From a virus, in IMG/VR virus record IMGVR_UViG_3300050821_004765, positions 10,239 to 74,238 of that record: 64,000 nucleotides of DNA. One strand, 5' to 3'. Position numbers and translations under genes: made by a program. Of this stretch, positions 1 to 8,989 are shown piece after piece. The notes under the pieces were generated by a model. That model was not told the DNA's origin. It did no database searches and saw only the letters and a list, made by a program, of their open reading frames with translations. How positions within the stretch are numbered: position 1 is the first letter of the stretch; each line of letters opens with the position of its first letter.

Positions 1-695
1 TTGCTCGCTGGGATGCCTACACTAACATCGCGACCAATACAATGTGCCGGCCACTCCACGGTCTTGTAGCCAAACACATGACTGAGCCGATTGTAAGCAA
101 CGTCAGGGCTACCATCACAAATGATTGTCATGTCTGGCACTTCAAGATTGACGAATTGACCCCGCTCTGGGGCGTCACCTACTGCCCAGCCTAGACTGTA
201 GATATACTGCTCACCTTCAATTGCCCAGATACGGCGGGGTACTGTGGAAATCACCAAATCATAGGAGTCAATATTCAAGTCCTTATTCAGTGTCCAATAT
301 GGATGTGCATATCCGTCGCCGGGGATCTTTGGGGCTTCTCTTGAAGGTATTACATAATCCTGTACCAGGTCGTGATACTTTCGCCAGAGTATATTGTAAG
401 CACGCCGAATATCCCAGGCTGGGTGAGCTGTCTCGAAATCCGCCGGGGCAATAATACCATCCCAAAATTTGCCATGAGTTTTGCGACGATATTCTTCAGG
501 TGTGCCCTTATTGATATAAGTAACCCACTCTTCTTCGCCATGATCAATTCCAGGAATCGGTTCGTGTAAGTATTGGCTACCATAAAGGGCGGACTTTATC
601 TTGCGGGAGAATACTTGGGGGTATATACCATGCGTCAGGCATGCGTGGGCGGCAATCATTCCTGTTGGACCGCAACCCAAAATCGCTACCTTCAT
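1..695 (-). CDS. FAD/NAD-dependent oxidoreductase (partial, runs off left end; not in ORF track)
   Basis: Manual translation from ATG at 695: MKVAILGCGPTGMIAAHACL...YDLVISTVP.... N-terminal GxGxxG Rossmann motif; SD-like AGAGGA upstream; frame open to position 1. Confidence 0.85.
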   Translation of the reverse strand, partial: MKVAILGCGPTGMIAAHACLTHGIYPQVFSRKIKSALYGSQYLHEPIPGIDHGEEEWVTYINKGTPEEYRRKTHGKFWDGIIAPADFETAHPAWDIRRAYNILWRKYHDLVQDYVIPSREAPKIPGDGYAHPYWTLNKDLNIDSYDLVISTVPRRIWAIEGEQYIYSLGWAVGDAPERGQFVNLEVPDMTIICDGSPDVAYNRLSHVFGYKTVEWPAHCIGRDVSVGIPAS

Positions 696-963
696 CTGGG
701 ATCCTCTTCTCGCAGCAATTCTCTTCATGGACATACAGTGCACAATCTTCCATATTGTCACTGCTAAATTCATCAAACTTACGGTACTGATGCGTTTTGA
801 TTTGCGTAGACTTTGGCCCAAGTACTGGGTCATACATATCAAATTTTATATCTTCTGTATCTTCTGGTAAAATCAAGATCGGCGGAATAGCATTGTGTGA
901 TTGGTTTAGTGTAAAAGTTTTGCCATGACATGGCCCGAACATACAGAGCGCATTTATGATCAT
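577..963 (-). CDS. hypothetical protein
   Basis: 128-aa ORF with AGGAG SD upstream; its 3' end overlaps the oxidoreductase start by about 120 nt. Confidence 0.55.
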   Translation of the reverse strand: MIINALCMFGPCHGKTFTLNQSHNAIPPILILPEDTEDIKFDMYDPVLGPKSTQIKTHQYRKFDEFSSDNMEDCALYVHEENCCEKRIPDEGSDFGLRSNRNDCRPRMPDAWYIPPSILPQDKVRPLW

Positions 964-1122
964 GTTGCTCCTAAGTGTAGGGCGAGTTCCTGGTAATTAA
1001 TCAGGTTGGGTTATGGGACTCGCGGCTCCACGTTTAGTTGGCTATTTAGGGGCAGATCTCTGGTGCCCAGGTTGCCACCCTAACTTGGCGTTATATGAAG
1101 CCCACACCCAGTCATCAAGGCT

Positions 1123-1145
1123 CTACTGTACTGCTATTACAGTAG
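1123..1145 (-). terminator. hairpin directly after the SSB stop (terminator or processing site)
   Basis: CTACTGTA-ctgctat-TACAGTAG, perfect 8-bp inverted repeat; no clear U tract. Confidence 0.4.
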
Positions 1146-1146
1146 T

Positions 1147-1839
1147 CTAAAATGGGCCGCCTTCAGCATCGACGTAATCCCCATCTTCGGCATCTTCATA
1201 GTCATCGTCATCGGTGTCGGCGTCAGCTTCATCCTCGACATCCTCATCCCCGATGTCGTCGTCTTCATCTTCATCATAGCCATCCTCGTCCAACTCCTGA
1301 CGATTCTTGCTATTCTTGCGAGGAATGTACTCCGCCACCTCAGCCTTAAACTGTCCCTTGTAGCTACTGGGCTTTGCCAGCACCTGAACGAGTAGCTCGC
1401 CGCTGGGCGAGTTAATGGCATAATTGCCAATGCTCTCCACGTGCTTCTCGACAGTATTGTCCTTTTTCTTCACGCGCTTGACTTTCGGGCCAACATCCCA
1501 GAATGCCTTCTCGATCTCATGCTTGGCCTGGTCGCTGCCATCGGTGAGACCATGCAAGAAAGCATTGACAAAAGGTAACGACGACTTGATGATATTCAGG
1601 CCATCCCAAATTGGGTGGCCTAAATATTCCTTCTTGCTATCAGGTCCAACAACTTCAAGCAACACGCTAATGCGAGGCTTGCCTTTATTCTCCCCAATGG
1701 ACTTGATCTCACCAACCGTCATACGCTTGATTTTGCACAGATAGCTGCCCTTGGGCAAGTTAGGGCCATCATAGCCACCCATACCACCGGCGGGGTCGAC
1801 GCCAGCGCCATTGATGTCCCACTTAATCCTTGTTGCCAT
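1147..1839 (-). CDS. single-stranded DNA-binding protein
   Basis: Beta-rich N-domain, long acidic C-tail ending in ...GGPF; adjacent to the Sak4-like ATPase. Confidence 0.75.
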   Translation of the reverse strand: MATRIKWDINGAGVDPAGGMGGYDGPNLPKGSYLCKIKRMTVGEIKSIGENKGKPRISVLLEVVGPDSKKEYLGHPIWDGLNIIKSSLPFVNAFLHGLTDGSDQAKHEIEKAFWDVGPKVKRVKKKDNTVEKHVESIGNYAINSPSGELLVQVLAKPSSYKGQFKAEVAEYIPRKNSKNRQELDEDGYDEDEDDDIGDEDVEDEADADTDDDDYEDAEDGDYVDAEGGPF

Positions 1840-1842
1840 TTA

Positions 1843-2802
1843 CTAGACCTCCATCATCATATTGCTGAGTTCATCATCGTTGTCAGATTCGTCGGGAATA
1901 GCTGCGACGACTTCGGCCTTAGCGTCGGACGTAGGACGACGGCGCAACCGCTCACGGTCCTCGGCAGGCTTACGTACAGCCTTGTTCTCGTCCGTCTTAT
2001 TCGGCGGTACGCGTCCAGGTGCGGGCTGTTTTGGCCCCGATTCTAGTAGTTCGCGAATGTCCTTCAGCCCATTCAGATGGCTCGGGCCGATAATGGTGCG
2101 CGGTGCCAAACAGCGAGTACGGTCCTTAGCCATGACGGTCTTGGTACCATGCCACTGAATAACCCTTTGCTCTTCGTATTGTGGTTTCCCATCAACTTCA
2201 CCGACTTTCTTTCGCACAGTTTTCATGTTACCAAAGCTAGTCATCCAGCCACACACCAGCTTTGAGTACTGGGTACCCTTACCCTGAATCATCGGCAAGA
2301 CATAGGATTCTTCATCCTCATTCTTGTCTTCTTGTTGCAAGGCAGTGTACAGCATATTTACTGGCAAGGAATTGAACGCTTTCACCATGCGTTGGAACTT
2401 GTTGTAGTATGGCTGCCAATCGCGAATATCAGGAATGTCCTGGTCACCACCTCGTTCCTCAACTGCCTTCGCCAAAACCCAACGCATACACATGCTCTGC
2501 ATTTCAGTTAGCGAATCAAGGACAACCCAATTGAAAGGGATGGTGTCGAGTGTGTATAGCCACTCGTAAGCCGCCACGACGTCATCCCAGCCTTCGGCAC
2601 CCTCACGAACTTTCCACTTTTTAGCGGTCGAGCCGAATCTTTTGGCGGACAAAGTTCCATTGTCCTCGGGAGCAATAAAAAGGACGTCATCATCAGAGCC
2701 TGCCAAGACGGTTTTGCCCACACCAGAGTCGCCGTAGATGAGCAGGTTGTTATATTCATCCTCATCCGCCAGTTCGATGATGTTACTTGGAAGTTCTACC
2801 AC
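1843..2802 (-). CDS. AAA ATPase / Sak4-like (RecA-like) recombinase
   Basis: Walker A LIYGDSGVGKT, Walker B VVLDSLTE, C-terminal AKDR motif; lies between exonuclease and SSB. Confidence 0.85.
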   Translation of the reverse strand: MVELPSNIIELADEDEYNNLLIYGDSGVGKTVLAGSDDDVLFIAPEDNGTLSAKRFGSTAKKWKVREGAEGWDDVVAAYEWLYTLDTIPFNWVVLDSLTEMQSMCMRWVLAKAVEERGGDQDIPDIRDWQPYYNKFQRMVKAFNSLPVNMLYTALQQEDKNEDEESYVLPMIQGKGTQYSKLVCGWMTSFGNMKTVRKKVGEVDGKPQYEEQRVIQWHGTKTVMAKDRTRCLAPRTIIGPSHLNGLKDIRELLESGPKQPAPGRVPPNKTDENKAVRKPAEDRERLRRRPTSDAKAEVVAAIPDESDNDDELSNMMMEV

Positions 2803-2989
2803 TTGTTAGCCTTTCGTCATGTATCTCTGCTAATCGTTGCCGACCGGCACATGTAGCTTGATACTGGTTACCAATTCTTATCTCGTGGCCATTATCATCA
2901 ATCACATATGAAGTTATTGTTTCATTTGTTAACATTTCAAACCAAGCCAAAAGTGAAATATCATCCGATGGCTTATTGTGATAACTCAA
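2783..2989 (-). CDS. hypothetical protein
   Basis: 68 aa; 4-nt overlap with the upstream exonuclease stop. Confidence 0.6.
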   Translation of the reverse strand: MSYHNKPSDDISLLAWFEMLTNETITSYVIDDNGHEIRIGNQYQATCAGRQRLAEIHDERLTSGRTSK

Positions 2990-4119
2990 TGCTCCACCTT
3001 CTTGGTGCGATGGTCGGCATAAGGGTCGACCTTTTTGTACACCGTTTCGATGAAGTATTCCACATCCTCTGGCTCACTACCTTCATCAAGTGAGCAAAGG
3101 TTGTAGAAGTTACAGAAATTGCAATCCTTGGCGAAGGACTTTGTAACTGGAATGTCCCCCGCCGCGGTACGCTCCATGATGGCGGCCTCTTGGCTGATCC
3201 GCATGATGGTCTTGTTGCGTTCACGTGGGGTACGTGCAACGAACTCCCGGCGAAACAGTGGGGTTTCGCTGCGTTCGCCGTGTACTTTTAGTTTGCAGCG
3301 CTCAGCTTCGGCGGCCAGTTCGTCCTTCAATAGCTTTTTGAAACTGGCAGGGTCAACCTCAATGCCATCTTTGGCATAAGAATTGATTAGCGCATCTATG
3401 TAATGCTGCTTCAATGGCTCCTTGAAAATTTTGCCTTTGCGCAAGAAGTTGTACTCCATACCCTTGACATAATCATCCTTGTTGATTAGCCCTTGGTCTT
3501 GGAGCGCTTTCGTCGCAACTGCAATATAAGTCGAAGCTTGCGGATCAAGGTCAAGATGCAACGTCGATAGTTGATTGGCGGTTTTGTGGTCCACCATCTT
3601 GATGTGTCCGTCGTTAAGATCGCGATAGCAAAGATCAAATACACCAACGAGAGTGCATATAGGCCGATAACCTTTACGTCCATCTTTCAAAATTGGTGGG
3701 TAGCGGATATCTGGGATGGTAACTGCAAAGTTGCGCTCGGCGTCCAGGACGTCCCAGTGCGGGTCGCCGGCATATTCAATAACATATTCTTCAAGGAGAT
3801 TACGCCCAAGGGTGTAGAAGTCTTCCCAAGTTGCAATTTCTTCTTCATCAACTTGCTCCTTGACTCGCAGGACATTGATCACATCTTGTGCTAATCGCTC
3901 CCAAGTTTCCGCTGGGTGCGGTCCGCGTTTTACCCCAGGTTGGTAGTATTCCGCCATGCAGAGGTGCACAATAGTACCGAATTCTGCAGCTGTCTTCCGT
4001 TCGGCTATTGGCCGCAGGCAATCTACATAGCCCCAATACCAAGCCTGGGGGCAACGGTGATAGGTTGCGCGCTCACTACTTCGCAGTAATGGCAATTCCT
4101 TACCAACGACGCCTGCCAT
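2986..4119 (-). CDS. Cas4-like / PD-(D/E)XK exonuclease
   Basis: RCP..., FGTIVH, GVFDL...MVDHKT, Q...Y, and C-terminal CNFCNFYNLC Fe-S cysteines. Confidence 0.85.
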   Translation of the reverse strand: MAGVVGKELPLLRSSERATYHRCPQAWYWGYVDCLRPIAERKTAAEFGTIVHLCMAEYYQPGVKRGPHPAETWERLAQDVINVLRVKEQVDEEEIATWEDFYTLGRNLLEEYVIEYAGDPHWDVLDAERNFAVTIPDIRYPPILKDGRKGYRPICTLVGVFDLCYRDLNDGHIKMVDHKTANQLSTLHLDLDPQASTYIAVATKALQDQGLINKDDYVKGMEYNFLRKGKIFKEPLKQHYIDALINSYAKDGIEVDPASFKKLLKDELAAEAERCKLKVHGERSETPLFRREFVARTPRERNKTIMRISQEAAIMERTAAGDIPVTKSFAKDCNFCNFYNLCSLDEGSEPEDVEYFIETVYKKVDPYADHRTKKVEH

Positions 4120-4853
4120 CAGAGTGCCTGCACAGCTAGCTGCTCGCCATCAACTACATAACCAAGACACTTAAATTCTAATCCGCTGCCATTTATTTCA
4201 TGAAATGCTGCAAATTCACCTAGTTTAGGGTGGTCCCAACCTGGATAGTTCCAGAATTCATCAAATACAATGATTGTACCACTTTTAATCCATGGCCTTA
4301 GCGTATCTAATACAAATTTAGTGCTACTGTAGAGATCGCAATCTATATGGATAAGTGCAATACCTTCACCATCAAGATAGGGCTGTTGAATATCAATCCA
4401 AGCCGGCAATGAATCTTCGAAAAGCCCCGATACAATTGCTACACTATCCCATTTTACTATTTCTTCTAGTCTGTATGTATCTATTGCAAATGACCCCTTG
4501 GGGTATTCACCTCGCCAAGCTTCTGGCAATCCTAGGAAACTATCAAATCCATAAGTAAACCTATGTTGCCGCAGCCAATTCAATGAGGTGCCATCGCCAA
4601 CGCCAAACTCTAGGCAATAGCCGTCAGGATTATCTCTCTGCAATACTGCACAATGGTTGAGCATCGGGGCACGACCAAGATATTCGTGCGCGTAGAATGG
4701 GCCATTTTTATCTGGTGAAGTGCTAATAATATATTCAGCGGTATCAACACATGCTTGTCGATACATTTCTCGCTTGATATTACTTACGCTTGTGCGCTCA
4801 CGAATGAATGTCCTGAAGTGATCACTGTCAATAGTGACTTCATCGAGACCCAC
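4119..4853 (-). CDS. TylF/MycF-family SAM-dependent O-methyltransferase
   Basis: LEFGVGDG, YGFDSFLGLPE, GLFEDSLP, IHIDCDLYSST, IVFDEF motifs; AT-richer than its neighbours. Confidence 0.85.
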   Translation of the reverse strand: MGLDEVTIDSDHFRTFIRERTSVSNIKREMYRQACVDTAEYIISTSPDKNGPFYAHEYLGRAPMLNHCAVLQRDNPDGYCLEFGVGDGTSLNWLRQHRFTYGFDSFLGLPEAWRGEYPKGSFAIDTYRLEEIVKWDSVAIVSGLFEDSLPAWIDIQQPYLDGEGIALIHIDCDLYSSTKFVLDTLRPWIKSGTIIVFDEFWNYPGWDHPKLGEFAAFHEINGSGLEFKCLGYVVDGEQLAVQAL

Positions 4854-5058
4854 TATATTACTCCCGCCACAGGTTGTTGTATTTACTTAAGTTATTCTGG
4901 AGAATGGCGAACGTCGCTGTAGTACTGACTTGGGATATAAGTCAATCCTTATTCGCCATTCACCAGAACGTACAGAGCCAGCCCGCATATGGCAGTCCTG
5001 TACTTCTGGCCCACACTCGGTCTGGAGTGCCTCCATTTCGGCAGTGGGCGCCGGTCTA

Positions 5059-5787
5059 TCAGAAGCTAGACTTGCTAGCCCCAACCTTGTTGAGTCGACC
5101 TTCACGGCCCTTGAAACGTCCGCGCGTGGACTCAGCCGGTGCCTCTTCGGTATCGCCTTCTACAGCGCCTTCGCCTTCAGCCTTGGCTGTTGCCTTAGCT
5201 TCACGGGCAGCTTCACGCTGCTCGCGGGCTGCTTCGCGCTGGTCGCGCTTCTGCTGGGCGGTCTCTTCCGCTTCCTGGCGCTTCTTGTCACGCTCTTCCA
5301 GCTTGCGCTGCCGGTCAGCTTCCTTAGCCAGCCGGTCAGCTTCACGCTGCTCACGCTTGGCGCTCTGGTTGAATTCGCGCTCGGCACGAAGCCATTCCCG
5401 CACGCCCTTCTCAGATTCGCGCTGCTCAGCCTTCTGCTGACGCTCGGCATCACGCTGAGCCTTGGCTGCAGCCTTCGCCTCGTTGACCTCTCGGTTGGCC
5501 TCTTCGCGTTCTGCAGTACGTGCCTTACGCTCGCGGTCAGCTTCAGTCAGCCCCTCTTCGTCACGCGCGCTGTTACGCCATGCCTGCCACTCGCTGTGGT
5601 TGGTCAGAACTGCCTGCACATGCCCTGCATCAATGGTTACGCCTGCCTTTTCGCCAGCGTATCGCGCGAGAGAAACGGCTGCAGGGCCAGGGTTCTCAAC
5701 GGAATAACGCTTGCGGTCGGTCTCATTGGCCATGATTGGTAAATCCTCTTTGCTAGTAGTTTGGGTCTTCCGCGATCTACGCGACAT
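5059..5787 (-). CDS. hypothetical protein with long charged coiled coil (real start may be the MANE codon near 5733)
   Basis: E/R/A/K-rich helix; N-domain resembles that of 22737..23081; follows a promoter. Confidence 0.75.
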   Translation of the reverse strand: MSRRSRKTQTTSKEDLPIMANETDRKRYSVENPGPAAVSLARYAGEKAGVTIDAGHVQAVLTNHSEWQAWRNSARDEEGLTEADRERKARTAEREEANREVNEAKAAAKAQRDAERQQKAEQRESEKGVREWLRAEREFNQSAKREQREADRLAKEADRQRKLEERDKKRQEAEETAQQKRDQREAAREQREAAREAKATAKAEGEGAVEGDTEEAPAESTRGRFKGREGRLNKVGASKSSF

Positions 5788-5797
5788 CTACCCTTCA

Positions 5798-5827
5798 AGT
5801 ATACCTTAGTCTAGTCCGGCGCGTAAA
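5798..5827 (-). promoter_or_regulatory. SigA-like promoter TTTACG-N18-TATACT
   Basis: Reverse complement of agtata-ccttagtctagtccggcg-cgtaaa; intergenic. Confidence 0.7.
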
Positions 5828-5844
5828 GGCCTATTTTCGGCCCG

Positions 5845-6192
5845 TTATCCGTCCGCCTCGACCGCTGGGCGTAGCGGTCGGCGAACTACTCGCCGTCGAA
5901 CCCGCATTTTTGACACACGCGCCTCTTTGCCGCTGTCGGGTCGCGGCATAGTGCGACGCTTTGCATCATGCAACATTTTGCGAGTTAAGTTGTAGCGTTC
6001 GTCTGCCTCCTCAGCATTGACTACTCTATGCATATAACGCTGGATATCTGGCCGCGTGATTTTATCCAACATTGCTTGCCGTCTACCCATATGTGCAGCA
6101 AACCATATGCTGGCGGGGTAGAAAATGGCCATGCCGCCACCGGCAAGAATCTCAGTTGTCGTGAGTACCATTTGCCCGCATATCAGCAGCAA
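5845..6192 (-). CDS. hypothetical protein, N-terminal hydrophobic segment
   Basis: ORF in the packed leftward operon. Confidence 0.55.
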   Translation of the reverse strand: MLLICGQMVLTTTEILAGGGMAIFYPASIWFAAHMGRRQAMLDKITRPDIQRYMHRVVNAEEADERYNLTRKMLHDAKRRTMPRPDSGKEARVSKMRVRRRVVRRPLRPAVEADG

Positions 6193-6418
6193 GATGCATG
6201 ATGTGTTTCAGCTCTTTCTCTGAATAACGCTCTACATCGTGAGTAAGTTTCAAATTGGGCACTTCAATGCCTTCATGAATAGCATGCCCCTGCTCGTGGC
6301 GTTCCACCTTGTATTTGCGAATACGTCCTGGTGGGCACATGTGGTGCTCCCAGTTCTTCGCTGGGGAGACTTCAATGACCCGCGTTGGGATGATCTTTGG
6401 CATATTTATGAATGGCAT
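6152..6418 (-). CDS. hypothetical protein
   Basis: Start overlaps the upstream stop. Confidence 0.6.
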   Translation of the reverse strand: MPFINMPKIIPTRVIEVSPAKNWEHHMCPPGRIRKYKVERHEQGHAIHEGIEVPNLKLTHDVERYSEKELKHIMHLAADMRANGTHDN

Positions 6419-6657
6419 CAGACCTCAAATTCATTGTAGTATTTCAATGTATTGGATCGTGCTTGCTGCAATTCAATTAAAGTAGCTTGCACATCTATGA
6501 TAACCAATTCAATATCAGTTAGCACTGCAGTTTGTGCCAAGGTTTCTGCAAACTTAGCTTGCAAATATGGTTTGCAATTTTCAAAGTGTGCCGCTTGTTG
6601 TGGTGTATTAGCCCATATTGTTACTTTGGTAGGTTTGGATTCATTTATGAGTGGCAT
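6418..6657 (-). CDS. hypothetical protein
   Basis: Coupled to neighbours; AAGGTGA SD. Confidence 0.6.
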   Translation of the reverse strand: MPLINESKPTKVTIWANTPQQAAHFENCKPYLQAKFAETLAQTAVLTDIELVIIDVQATLIELQQARSNTLKYYNEFEV

Positions 6658-6935
6658 ATCACCTTACCCCCATGGTAGTGCACAATATTCATCGCGTCCG
6701 CGATATCCTGTGCACCCTCCATGCTTTCACAGTTGATCCAGGCTACCACTGCACCATGGTCACCATATACCCAGAGCGTGTTGTTGAACTCTATGGTAAA
6801 GCTATGGGTTACCCCGCTGGCGATTGCATTTCCATCATTGTCAACTGCCCAATCAAGTTCTGGTCCCCAATCATCGGGCTCTTCCCAGCTTGCCGCTTCT
6901 TCACTTTGACCACTGTCTCCGTCGCTGCATGGCAT
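6645..6935 (-). CDS. hypothetical acidic protein
   Basis: GGGGAG SD upstream; competes with the overlapping ORF 6809..7012. Confidence 0.5.
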   Translation of the reverse strand: MPCSDGDSGQSEEAASWEEPDDWGPELDWAVDNDGNAIASGVTHSFTIEFNNTLWVYGDHGAVVAWINCESMEGAQDIADAMNIVHYHGGKVICHS

Positions 6936-7011
6936 CCGATGTAACTCCCCTTATCCTTGACCTTACCATTTGTATGTTTGCCATACTTAATGGGTTTTGC
7001 TTGCGATGGCA

Positions 7012-8943
7012 TTACACTCCTAACAGTTCCTTGGCAAAATTGGCACCTCGACTTCCGTCGATTATGTTCTTGATATTAAATTCTGCCTGCATATTGCTCT
7101 TAGCAATATTCTCTTCTATTGTACCCCTTGAACGCAGGTTCCAAATTGTGACCTGGTGATCGCGGCTGATTCGGTGCAGCCGGTCCTCGAGCTGCTCTTG
7201 GTCACTTGGGTCATAGGTCTCGTCACAGATGATCAAGTCGTCGGCCGCATCGAGCGTCAAACTTACACCACCAGCCTTAGTAGATAGCAGGAGAATGCGG
7301 AATTCGCTGGCGGGGTTGTCTTGCCAGTCGTCTTTGATCTGTTCGCGCATTTTGTCGGTTGTCGCTCCAGTAAACACATGTGCTCGAATGCCTAAGGCCG
7401 TCAGCCCACTGGCAATAGCGTTGATTAAGCCCGCAAACTGACTTGCAATCACTACTTTCGGTGTGTCCTGGTCGATCTTCATGCCTTTTTCGATGCCGCG
7501 TTCTTCGAGCCATTCCACGATCCAATCGAATTTGTTACTGGGCAACTTAGCTTTAAAGTTGCCAGTACCTTCATCCATAATGCCACAGCTGCCAGCGAAT
7601 TGCTTAAGCCGCGTCATTTCGGCTAGCAATCCGTTAGCCATCAACAAACCGCCCTCGATTTCGGCAGTTGCTGACTTAACCATATCGTCGTACGCTTGCT
7701 TCTGCTGAGGCAACATATCTAGCCAAACAGCGACTGGGCTACCGGGTACGCTCGGGTCGAGCGGTTCACCGGCATAGAACTTCGGCGGCAAATCTTGGGC
7801 AACTTCTGCCTTAGTGCGCCTAATCATGACGTTCTTGGCTTCAGCATAAAGGTTTTCCGCACTCTTCATGCCGCCAATCTGCATACCAAACCCGTTATTT
7901 GTCACCCAAAAGTGTTGCTCCACCCATTTCCAATATGCGCGGTAGAGGTCAGGCCGCAACCAATTGAGTGTTCCCCAAAGATAAACCTCTTTGCCACGAA
8001 ATGGCGTGCCGGAGAGTGCCATGCGCAACCCATTTGTCCGTACTTCGAGGGCTCCAATCCCAAGTCGCTGAGCAGATTGTTTCTTTTTATTACCAGAGGG
8101 GACAGGGAGAATTTGATGGGATTCATCGACAATGATAGCACTCCATAATACATTTTGGAATTCCAGCAAACTTTCACCCACAGGTTTAATGATCTTCTTG
8201 CCACTGTGATCCTTTACATAGTTGCCATAGTCATCAAGCTCTGCTTTAATTCGCACGTAGTTAGGGCTGGTAACTACCCACAGTCGTTTCGCCACATTCT
8301 CTTGGTTGTCAACAATGAACTGCATTACCTTGGCACGTTCACTCGCCGGCATATGTGCCCCAATCTGCACAATGCTCTCGTCATTGCCCAGCCAACGCCG
8401 TATTTCTTTTGGCCAAGTTAATTTTGCTGCTTGCTTGGGGGCGACGATGAGAATCGGTCCTGTTGTTCCTGCCTCAACAATTGCCCCAATTGCCTGCAGT
8501 GTTTTGCCAAGTCCCGGCTGATCTGCGATAAGGCAGGCTCTGTTCCTTGCTGCGAACGCCACTCCAACAGATTGAAAAGGTCGGCTAGAAAGCGCTCGCC
8601 AGATTCCAGGAGCTTGTTCTCTAACTGGCAAGAGATCAACAAGTTCGACAGCCCCAACATCTGGTATTGATTCTTGGTGAGCGCGTTCTCTAGTTGCCCA
8701 GTCGTGCAGTTCATTGCTGATTCGGATTGTGGCTCCATGGCGATCTGCTACCTTTCGTAGATTTGTGCAAGCATCCCAGTTCAACGGGAATATCCAACGC
8801 TTACTCGGCCCGTGCCAGCGATACGGGCCTGGCATGATTTTCTTTAGCCCGGAATTAACAACCGTATCAAATTGATCTAGCTGTACCCAAAGCGTAGAGT
8901 TGTTATCTGCTGTCCCCGCCAGCCATGTACGTTTCTTGCTCAT
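7012..8943 (-). CDS. SNF2-family DNA helicase
   Basis: LIADQPGLGKT, IVDESH, ALSGTP, AGGVSLTL, QLEDRLHRI motifs. Confidence 0.92.
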   Translation of the reverse strand: MSKKRTWLAGTADNNSTLWVQLDQFDTVVNSGLKKIMPGPYRWHGPSKRWIFPLNWDACTNLRKVADRHGATIRISNELHDWATRERAHQESIPDVGAVELVDLLPVREQAPGIWRALSSRPFQSVGVAFAARNRACLIADQPGLGKTLQAIGAIVEAGTTGPILIVAPKQAAKLTWPKEIRRWLGNDESIVQIGAHMPASERAKVMQFIVDNQENVAKRLWVVTSPNYVRIKAELDDYGNYVKDHSGKKIIKPVGESLLEFQNVLWSAIIVDESHQILPVPSGNKKKQSAQRLGIGALEVRTNGLRMALSGTPFRGKEVYLWGTLNWLRPDLYRAYWKWVEQHFWVTNNGFGMQIGGMKSAENLYAEAKNVMIRRTKAEVAQDLPPKFYAGEPLDPSVPGSPVAVWLDMLPQQKQAYDDMVKSATAEIEGGLLMANGLLAEMTRLKQFAGSCGIMDEGTGNFKAKLPSNKFDWIVEWLEERGIEKGMKIDQDTPKVVIASQFAGLINAIASGLTALGIRAHVFTGATTDKMREQIKDDWQDNPASEFRILLLSTKAGGVSLTLDAADDLIICDETYDPSDQEQLEDRLHRISRDHQVTIWNLRSRGTIEENIAKSNMQAEFNIKNIIDGSRGANFAKELLGV

Positions 8944-8989
8944 GTTGGCGCACCATTCATGGTAGCGATATGAATATTATATTTAGCTG

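Noticed and set aside
2986-4119. Cas4-like gene as evidence of CRISPR-Cas
   Set aside because: Stand-alone phage exonuclease in a recombination module; no repeat-spacer array or other cas genes seen.
5030-5065. Hammerhead-like CTGATAGA...GAAA on the minus strand
   Set aside because: The core does not match CUGANGA with a proper stem II, and stems I/III are not evident.
6809-7012. ORF coupled to the helicase stop
   Set aside because: Overlaps 6645..6935 by about 125 nt, and that ORF has the better SD; cannot be resolved from sequence alone.
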